The notes below the pieces were generated by a model that was given only the letters and a program-made list of their open reading frames with translations, did not search any database and had not been told where the DNA came from. 64,000 bases of DNA, taken from positions 1,736,001 to 1,800,000 of the forward strand of contig SMSO01000034.1 of assembly GCA_004764695.1 (NCBI GenBank). The letters are read 5' to 3'. Below are positions 37,988 through 46,606 of the stretch, in pieces; within the stretch, counting starts at the first letter, position 1; each line of letters begins with the position of its first letter. The stretch is from Schizochytrium sp. TIO01 (lineage: Eukaryota > Protista > Bigyra: Labyrinthulomycetes). The translations under genes were made by a program, and so were the position numbers.

Positions 37988-38884
37988 ATGGTACTCAATC
38001 CGTAAGTTTGGTCCGAAATCAATGTTTTTGGCAATATTGGGCGTGTGCAGGGTTTTTGACCCTGTAGTAGTTGATGTGTAGTAATACTACTCTAGGCATC
38101 ATTTTTACTCTTGCTTCTGTCTCGCTCGTTTGGAGATTGAGGTGGACAATATCGATGTAGATTGATGACAAGCTCTGGAAGGCTAACAAGGTTCTTGCAA
38201 ATTTTTATTTATCTCATGAAATGCTGGTGGTGCTGACGGGAATGGTGCGGGATTTTTTTCCGTGCCAACAGACCGATGTTTGACGCCAAGACCCCCATGT
38301 CCAAGGTGGGAGAGTATTTCCTGGTGCAGCGCGAGGGTGTTTCTGTGGAGATCTCCTGCGAAGGTCTACCCAAGCTGAAGGCTAGCTCGGGAGTTCTCTA
38401 CTTGACGACTCTTCGAGTTGTTTATGTCCCGGTGCCCGCCAAACCTCTTGATCATGGTACGGAGTTCAGGTCCTTTGAGTTTTCTTTGGACAAAGTTGAG
38501 GACGAGAAATTTAATCAGCCCATCTTCGGTGCGAACAATTTGAGTGGCAACCTTAAACCCACGCCAGGAATGGGACTAACCGTGGATGCTAAGTTTAAGT
38601 TGTACTTCAAGAATGGCGGAGCCGGTACTTTGCTACCAATCTTCTTTCGAGCCCTCGTCGATGCTCGTCGAGGAAATGCCCATGCTATTGCAGAGGCCGT
38701 CCTCGCAGGTAGCTTTGCTGCTACAGCTCTCATTGACCCCAACGACCCATCCGTTGTGTACAGGACTCAGCCGGACATCCCGGTTGCAGACGAGATCAAG
38801 GAATCCGATCTCGAGGCCGAAAACGAGGCAAATAAGAAGCGGGAGGCCAGGCACGATAATAACAATGGTGCCACAGCTTTGTAA
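37988..38884 (+). CDS. WBP2-like PH-GRAM domain protein; two exons 37988-38001 and 38272-38884
   Basis: GVLYLTTLRVVY and FNQPIFGANNLSG...LYFKNGGAGT are WBP2-family motifs. Splicing GTAAGT(38002)..CAG(38271) gives in-frame MVLNPPMFD, matching the family MALNP start. Confidence 0.88.
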
Positions 38885-39608
38885 TACCTGCATTACGATC
38901 GGTACCCATAGTTTGGGTGGGATTTTCTTTTTGCTCAAAATGTGTCATTATGGATACACATTCTTCTTTCACAATTTATGTTTGCTGTTTTCTATATCGT
39001 TTTCTTGTATCGACTAGCCCTTTCTGTGCTTTATCTGTTCATCTTGCATCATAGCTTCATGTTTTTCAGTACTGCCTGCTTCCAATCATTGGAATCTTGG
39101 AATCTCTGGAAAATCAAATAAGGAACATGTCAGCTATTGTAACATAACATTCATTTGTCTCAAGCCTTGAGAATTATAACTCTTGTTGGGATGCATCAGA
39201 GAGGCAGATTTAATGTAGCAAAATCACATTCAATACCGGCAAATTTGGTACACCATTGAGTTTTTTTTTGTTTTTTTGTTTTTTAAGTACTTTCCCACTT
39301 TGAAGTTCATACACAATTTGCATCCAAATTATGCAAAAAATAATTTTAGATGTTCACCTGTCTTTACGTGTGAACCACAGATTGTGCTGGTCAAGAGTCT
39401 CAGTATCGTCGAGTAGCTTGTAGAGATAGTTACATCTAAGGAAAACTATAGAACATTGCAAAGCGTTCTCAGCTGCAATAAATCCATAAGAAAACAAAAA
39501 CTTGCAAGACACAGAAACGACTCTCGCTCGCGCAGCGTTTGACAAAGCAACCTTGGAGACGATTTCTACTCAGCGGCACGAACGGAATTAGCCGCCAAAG
39601 TCCAGGCC

Positions 39609-40679
39609 ATGTTTGCTGGACAGCAGCAACAGCAGCAACGCCGATCCCGCGATGTCCTGGTGCGTGATCTGCGACTCCACGACGACCCCAAACACCCTCG
39701 AAGACAAAAGGCGCTCGAAGAACTGTGTGCCCTGTGGCGTACAGAAAACGGCCACATCCCGCTCGTCAATGTCTGGGGAGTGGACCTCACATCCAGTGAG
39801 TTGGAGGCTGTCATGGATGTTCTTCAGGAAAAGGGCGCCGTAGAAGTAATGATCTCAGCGCGACTGCCGATCGCGGTAATCCCTGCAATTTTGGCTAAGA
39901 CGATGGTATCGTTGACGATGGAGCTTGATACGAGCGATCAAGCTCAGCTCATTGCGAAATGGTTACGAGAACATCCTCTGGGGCCTTTGCGGAAACTTAT
40001 TTTAGAGCTTAGCGTGGTTCTGCCAAGAGATGCAGAAGCTCTTTTTCACGCGGCAGAAACACATTCCACGCTTAAAGAAGTATCAATTCCGGACTCCGTC
40101 ATGATCGGAAATTATGGAGCAGAAGCCGCCGGACGACTTCTCGCTAGGAACTCTACGATCAAAAGAACGCGCCTAGAGTATTTGGAGACAGCCTGCGAAT
40201 TGCAATGTGTTGCAGCTCGCGAATACCATAGGGAGATCGCACTTGACACCGACTGTACTCAACGGGTTCACCGGCAGGCCCTTGTGTTTACAAGTCTTGG
40301 CATCAGTATTGCCATGGTGAGTCGCCTTGGTGTTGAAGATACCATCGCCAATCAGAATCACCGATTCCGTGTGTTTGCTATCGCGCTTGGAGAAACGTCT
40401 GGATGGGCTGAGGCTGACAGTCATGGAGAGGCCTATGTACGACTTCCATTAGATCAGGTAACACAGACTGTAGCAAAGCAGATGGGGTCGTGCAATGATA
40501 TAATCGATGATTACTTTGATTTCGTGTCAGACGATTTTGATGTCTTTGGAGTAGATTATGATGCAGATATTCTTGATGATGCCGGCAATAACTTGCACGA
40601 CCAAGTGCACAATACGGGAGCTTCACTGTCCTCATCAAACCATTCTCCGTCCTCACCAGCACCACCGGTGCGCCTGTAA
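39609..40679 (+). CDS. Hypothetical protein with RNI-like leucine-rich repeats and an acidic tail
   Basis: 356-aa ORF. LRKLILE...AEALFHA..HSTLKEVSI...IGNYGAEAAGRLLARNSTIK resembles RNI-type LRRs. Confidence 0.7.
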   Translation: MFAGQQQQQQRRSRDVLVRDLRLHDDPKHPRRQKALEELCALWRTENGHIPLVNVWGVDLTSSELEAVMDVLQEKGAVEVMISARLPIAVIPAILAKTMVSLTMELDTSDQAQLIAKWLREHPLGPLRKLILELSVVLPRDAEALFHAAETHSTLKEVSIPDSVMIGNYGAEAAGRLLARNSTIKRTRLEYLETACELQCVAAREYHREIALDTDCTQRVHRQALVFTSLGISIAMVSRLGVEDTIANQNHRFRVFAIALGETSGWAEADSHGEAYVRLPLDQVTQTVAKQMGSCNDIIDDYFDFVSDDFDVFGVDYDADILDDAGNNLHDQVHNTGASLSSSNHSPSSPAPPVRL

Positions 40680-41291
40680 GTAAGTCCTTATTCTGCAAGA
40701 TGCTAAACACATTCTGTGCTCTTGTTTGGAATGTGGTGTATGGATTACTTTCCATTCTTCACTAGCTACGCTATAGTGGTGGTGATATCAGGTAGTTTCC
40801 AGCTAAGACATGCGCAAATTAATGGGCGTGGGTGAAGAAAAATAGTACATTTATTATGTATGTCACGAGCGAGTAGCCTGCTGTATAAATAAATATTCAT
40901 GAACCCTGGTACCGTGGTATAGGGTTCATTCGTTAATCCAAAATAGAAATAGATGGCTAATTGTTCCTCTATTTTATGCACTCTCGTCCAAGTAGACTCA
41001 AGTTCAAACAAGGGTTGAATAAAAAAGAGTGGTGCGTTGTATTTTCCTTCTTTATATTTTTCCATAATTATTTAACTTTGAGCCAGCTCAATGTATGTAG
41101 AAGTAGTATCAACAAATTAGACCCTCTTTGCTTTTTTCTTTTTCAAATTCTTTGGATCTTGTTATCTGCTTGATTTCCTTCCTTTTGCGAAGGCTTTAAG
41201 GCCATGAAGAGTCTGTGTGGTATAGTGCATCATAATGGCAAAAGATATGGGTATTATATTATGATACTTAAAAGTGGGTCTTCAATTGTTA

Positions 41292-42410
41292 TCATGCGAG
41301 TGCCTCTAATAGCTCCTTGACATCAATGGTTGAAGGATGATCTGGACCAAGATGTGACACATATAAGCTGTGTGCCGAAACAATGCTTTGTTTGGCAACT
41401 TCGATCTCGCGCTCCATAAGAAGTCGCAAAAGACCCAACGTGAAGAACGCCTCGCCAGTGGCAATGTGGTTTTCTCCAAGAAATTGTTTTCTGACATCGA
41501 GTATCTTTAGGATCATCTGTAATGCTTCCTCGCACTGCGTCTCAGATAGTTTGTCCGCTTCTTCCCCTGCTACTCGTACTGCTGAAAGATACTTGTACCA
41601 AATGTCAACGACTTTGTCATATAAGGCAAGGGCAGCTTCGACACGGTGTTGAGCATCAAAGACACATGCAAGATTGAAGTATCCTACCGATGTTCGGACA
41701 TTTTCGGGTCCAAATGCCAAGCTTGTCCAATACACATCCTTGGCGAGATGCTCTGCTGCCTCGGTATATTTTCCTTCAGCCGCGCAAAGTTTGCCAAATG
41801 TTCTTTCTAGCTGGGCCTTTGTGTCATTCGGGCATTCTGGTGTCTTAAGTACACTCCAATTAGCAAGTCCAAGAAACTCCTGCACAGGCCGAAAGTTACG
41901 CATCCCAAGATGACACTGTGCAAGCAAAAGGTATGCAGGAACCAAATCGACTGAGTCGCTGCCGAAAATCTCCTTAGAGAATGTCAAGCACTGCATTGCT
42001 CCAGGAATACCTAGCTCAAACTCTCCTTGAATAAGAAATCGCTGGGCAATACGCTGGGTCAAGTCAACAAGTGCACGCTTACTCATGAGAATGGAGTACT
42101 CCCGCTTCTGCCGCTCTTCTTCAGATCCAATGATCGTCGGCTTGGCCCGCAATTGGCTAATGAGCGGCAATAGTTTGTGCATGATACCTTCCCATGATAA
42201 TATTGCATCTTCTTTGCTGGCGTAGTACAAAGGCATGAATGGAGTAACCATCTTGACGCTTGCAGGAGAGCCAGTCAGCTCGCATACATATCTCACTCCT
42301 TTTGGTGCTGACAGTGCGTTAAGAGGCTCGATGCGGTACCCCTTCGACTTGCTTTGTTGAGCCCATGTTGCAAACAGCTCAGGCTGTTTATCCTCCTCGA
42401 GCTCACCCAT
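41292..42410 (-). CDS. ZMYND12: ZMYND12 homolog (TPR protein, inner dynein arm-associated p38 family) with a degenerate MYND finger
   Basis: SEEER, LVPAYLLLA..HLG, A.WSVLKTPEC, HLAKDVY..S.AFG.E.VRTS.GYF.LA and LY.KV.DIW all match ZMYND12. First ATG is at 42410. Confidence 0.88.
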   Translation of the reverse strand: MGELEEDKQPELFATWAQQSKSKGYRIEPLNALSAPKGVRYVCELTGSPASVKMVTPFMPLYYASKEDAILSWEGIMHKLLPLISQLRAKPTIIGSEEERQKREYSILMSKRALVDLTQRIAQRFLIQGEFELGIPGAMQCLTFSKEIFGSDSVDLVPAYLLLAQCHLGMRNFRPVQEFLGLANWSVLKTPECPNDTKAQLERTFGKLCAAEGKYTEAAEHLAKDVYWTSLAFGPENVRTSVGYFNLACVFDAQHRVEAALALYDKVVDIWYKYLSAVRVAGEEADKLSETQCEEALQMILKILDVRKQFLGENHIATGEAFFTLGLLRLLMEREIEVAKQSIVSAHSLYVSHLGPDHPSTIDVKELLEALA

Positions 42411-43228
42411 CGTATCGTTTTCAAGTTCACTTCTGTTTACGACTCTGTTGTAGTGCTTTCGCACAGGGCAGAGATTGTTAGCGTTAGTGTAGGGCTTTGT
42501 TTTGCTATTTCTGCAAACGCTGCGTACTGCCACACGGCTTGATCGTCTGCTAATTGCAAATTTGCGTTAAGCTTCCTTTATTGAATTATAGTGGTGTCTC
42601 CTTTAACCAAATCGTACGTTTGTTGGACAGCTTTACGCAAGCTCTCCATAAAATCTCTCACTCGCCAGAACGTCTTGCTTCAAGAGTTTCCCAACTCTTG
42701 CTTGCTAGTTATTTTTTTGTTCCCATCTCCTTAAAAATACATGTCTCCAAACTTCAATTAATTCAGCCATGTGCATTTTTCTCTTATTATGATCTCATGA
42801 CTTTGCATCTCTTTACCAACAAGCGCAGATAAGCACTCGCTCAAAACACACACATTTCCCATAGCTCATCTTAAAAAAAATGGCTATAAAATAACTAGAA
42901 AGGTATCTTGTTATTTCCTCAAACAGATCCGTTGTCACGGTTCGCCGTCGATCTCAGACTGCACAACTCTCTTTTTCAACTGTTGTCCTCACAAAAAAGC
43001 ACACAGTGTGTTCAGGACCGAGCCCGCTGGAGAACGACAACAGAAAGCGTATCGCTATCCCTCTTCGGACGTCTCTCTCGGGCTGCAACCCTCGGGTAGA
43101 TATCCAGTCCTCGTCTAGCCCCGAGGCCAAACCTTTTCGCATTTTCTACGCCGACTTTGCTCTTTGTTTCCTTTGTCTTCTCTCTCGGTGTTAATCGCTA
43201 GATCGATCGCTCTCGAAGAACACTCGTC

Positions 43229-44184
43229 ATGCGTGTCCTCGTTCGTCTCGGACAGGCCAAGGTAAGTCGCTGATCGCCTTTGTATGTGGAGAAAACACAA
43301 ATCATGCGCCTCTGGGGTTGCTCACTCCCAGCCACAAGACGCCTTGACGCTCTACCTTGACGCTAGAGTGGCCACGTTCTTCTGGGCTTCTCTCGTATCT
43401 TGCTTAGATATCCTGCTAAGGGATACTAATAGGAGACCCTTCTGGGGGCTTGATTTGTGTATCCATGTTAGGCACGGAGTGAAACGGGCAGCGAGAGCTG
43501 AAGATTGAGAGCTCTTCGAGATAAACCTTGCTCTGAAGATTACGATGAATTGCAAACTGACTGGCTATTGATCTTATTGGTTGGCTCTTTGTACTTTGAT
43601 GGTTTGGAACTTGATTTTCATGGACTTAACACTCATTCTTTGCTCTGATTGGGTCACTGCAAACCTTGCCGCATATACGTTTGCTTTGGATTTGGTGATG
43701 CTGCCATGGTTAACCATTGTTGGGTTGACGGGTGGTCCGGCAATTATTACAGGCCTTTGAAGTTGAGGCAGACTCCCAAGCTGCCGTCTTTGAGGCCCTT
43801 GAGGCCCGTGCTGGCCTTCCCGCAGGAGCTTCTGCGAAGCTTGAACTGAGCGCTGGCTGCGGTGTTCTGACGGACGCCCCCTTCGCTGAGCAGGGCGTGA
43901 AGAACGGTGCTACCCTTTCTATCGGAGCACGTGCGCTTGGTGGTATGCAGATCTTCATCAAGACTTTGACTGGCCGCAAGACCCCTTTCAACTTTGAGAA
44001 GGACGTCAAAGTTATCGAGGTGAAGCACGCTCTCCAGGAAAAGGAAGGTATCCAGGTTGACCAAATTCGTCTTATCTTCTCTGGCAAGCAGCTCGCTGAT
44101 GATAAACTCCTCGGAGACTATAACGTAAGCGCCGGCGCAGTTATCCACATGGTCTTGCAGCTTCGTGGAGGCTCCTCGTGCTAA
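43229..44184 (+). CDS. NEDD8: Tandem fusion of a divergent ubiquitin-like domain and NEDD8/Rub1; exons 43229-43261 and 43753-44184
   Basis: Exon 1 ATG..AAG|GTAAGT joins TACAG|GCC in frame. The C-terminal unit MQIFIKTLTG...EKEGI...IRLIFSGKQ...IHMVLQLRGG-SSC is NEDD8-like (QLRGG as in apicomplexan NEDD8). The first unit ends ALGG. Confidence 0.85.
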
Positions 44185-45084
44185 ATAATCGGCCTTAACC
44201 CAGAATAAAAACTACGCTAACCTATCGGAGGTCCCTACGACGGATCGGACATCATAGTCCAAGCCCCTTGCACACCATTTTTAATGCTCACTTTGTGATT
44301 AACGCATACCGCACATTTTTTTCTGTTTGTCTGCTCATCATCAATTTAAGAATGCATGTTAACTAATCATAATACAGATCCCTGTATCACCAGACTCAAA
44401 ATTATATTTTCTCTCCGATAGAACCGATAAGCTTTCTTGTTAAACAACAGGTCGGCATTCTGCAGGATCAAGTAACTTTGCGCAGTCCCTCTATGGTATC
44501 AGTGTTTACGCAGTTATCTTCAAAGAACATGAGTTCTACATAAACGAAGGTGAAAAATTCACTCGGAACTTCGTAGAATCAGCTGTGGAGAGCTCTCGTG
44601 ACACGAACTTTGGAGAGACAGATAATATCAACTTGAAATAATGTTTTATGTAACATGAGGTATTTTTATTCAGATTTAACAGATTCTGCTGGTGGATTTA
44701 GGAAATAGATATTCTGCATCGCTTTGTCTGGAGGTATTTTGTAGACAGACAAAAGCATTAAAAAAAATTACACCACACTTCTCTTGATATTTAACCTATT
44801 AAATTTCAAAACTTGCATTTCCTATAGTGACAAAGTGGGCCCAATCGAGACTTAAACTAATTTGCTACTCAAAGACAATTCTTAAATCATGTCTACTGAA
44901 AGGTGATACTGATTAGCGTGAGGTTGACTGTAAAGATGAAGGCAAAAAGCTTGATGAAGGTTATAAGAAGGTTGATTTAAGTGTTAGCGAACTGCTGTCC
45001 TGAGGAATGAATTCCAGGACAGATGGATTCATGTAGTAATTAGGGAGATTAAGACATTCTTGAATGTGGTTAGAGATAATCGAT

Positions 45085-45305
45085 GGGGTTAGGTTATTCA
45101 ACCTTTTCCAACCATTGATTCAAGCTAAACCAAGCTTGAGTGTCCGTGATGTGTATTCACACTTCTAGTTCTTGGCTTCAGCAGCCTCATGAGTCTGGCT
45201 GCCTATTCTTGTTCTAATGTAAACCTTATCTCTATTGGGTTTTACAAAGGAGCGCCAAGAACTCTAGCAATGTCTTGTCCACTAGTTCCTTCGATTGGAG
45301 ATCTC
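45085..45305 (-). ncRNA. Putative Fanzor omegaRNA / transposon right-end region (copy 1)
   Basis: Lies immediately 3' of the TnpB-like stop, is homologous to 58570-58800, and contains several short hairpins. Confidence 0.5.
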
Positions 45306-45950
45306 AGCAATGTCCTTGGATAGGCAGCGCAAAAGGATGTCTCTGGCGGCGTGGATATCACGATCGGCTACGTGTTTGTAGATTTTGGGGGGCATTTGGA
45401 AACTTTTGGATGTTCCGAGCTTGTCGCGCATAGTACCACTTTCATTGCAAGGCTTTGAAGTGCAATCATCTTGGCAAATGGCCAGTTTTTACCACTGGCA
45501 GGGGGGAGTTCGGCTTCGTGAATGAGCGCTTGGCGAAAGCCAACGAACGAACGACGCATCATTCGAGCTGCCTTGATTTTGATCAATCTTGTTAACTTGT
45601 TGAGTTTTCAAATTCAATCAAAAGGATTACACCATAGTTTTCACAGAGCCAAAGTGCAAGCTTGCGGTAAATCTCGGTAGCGCACAAGCCCGGCCTGTTG
45701 AAGCTGGCCCCTCTACCGGTATCTTTGTAGACGGCGGAGGCGTCTGGTTAGGCACCAATCTGGCATTTTCAAGTACTCTTTTTTGCTTGGCGGAGGACAC
45801 TATAGCGTAGATAATGGCACGGTCAGTGCTGCATTCCTCGGGGCCGCCGGAACAAACCTCAGCCATAGGTGCCCTCAACGTCGTCTCTTGCGTATATGCG
45901 ATTGCCTCCAGGGAAGCATTCGAAGAGCTCTTGCTGCGGCAACAAACTTC
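45282..45950 (-). pseudogene. Decayed Fanzor2/TnpB (IS607-type RNA-guided nuclease) C-terminal half, with frameshifts and stops
   Basis: Hand translation across frames gives EIYRKLALWLCENYGVILLIEFENS (45675-45601), then KIKAARMM..FVGFRQALIHEAE, then KLAICQDDCTSKPCNESGTMRDKLGTSKSF...HVADRDIHAARDILLRCL to a stop at 45282. These are the RuvC-II, Zn-finger and RuvC-III (DRD.NAARNILL) motifs in canonical order. The 5' boundary is uncertain. Confidence 0.82.
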
Positions 45951-45957
45951 TGATTGA

Positions 45958-46019
45958 AGTACTTTGACAGTTTGAATTGAAGGTTTGCAGTACTTTAATA
46001 ATTTGAATTGAAGGTTTGC
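45958..46019. repeat. 31-bp tandem duplication (AGTACTTT...TTTGAATTGAAGGTTTGC x2)
   Basis: Two adjacent copies differing at three positions. Confidence 0.9.
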
Positions 46020-46606
46020 TTCACTTGTAGTGTTTGGAGCTCAGTGGTTCCTTGGCCATTCCATTTTCTTACCTAACCTCTCACAATAATTGTAATAGAT
46101 CATTTATATGGACTAGACGAAGGTTATATAGGTTCTACCCTTTTCATAGGTACAATAACAGCACTACTATCCTGGAAAGATACAAGAACGATCCTGGAAC
46201 GATCACAATATCTCTACATATGAGTATAAGAGTCTATATAACAAAAACTATAGGATACGTACTTAGGTCAACTCCCTCGGTCGTGGCGCCGCGTATGACC
46301 GTAACGGTCATTTATAGTATATTTGTAAATCAAGGCGTGAGACTGTGATAAATGTTGAGCGAAAGCTGGGCTTGAAGTTTAATATGTGAAAGCAGGATTC
46401 TGATTGATTACAATAAAAGTACGGGCAATACCTTGTACGAATCGACAATTGTGCACAGGAAAACTGGAACAAACCCTGTTGCTTGGTAAACGTGTTTTCA
46501 ACTGGAGACCTTGAGTGCCTGTGGCATTTGGTCATCGTACCTATACATCGGAGCCAAGCTCTGAGGTTCTGTAAAGTTGGCGCTGCATGGTTGCGGGTAT
46601 AGCACC

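Noticed and set aside
3336-44184. Several ubiquitin-system genes (MARCH E3, Kelch-BTB, NEDD8) as a functional cluster
   Set aside because: They are spread over 40 kb among unrelated genes, and these gene classes are abundant.
45780-45840. CSTDRAIIYAIVSS as the RuvC-I motif of the Fanzor relic
   Set aside because: The position is plausible, but similarity to LDPG..TF is too weak to assert.
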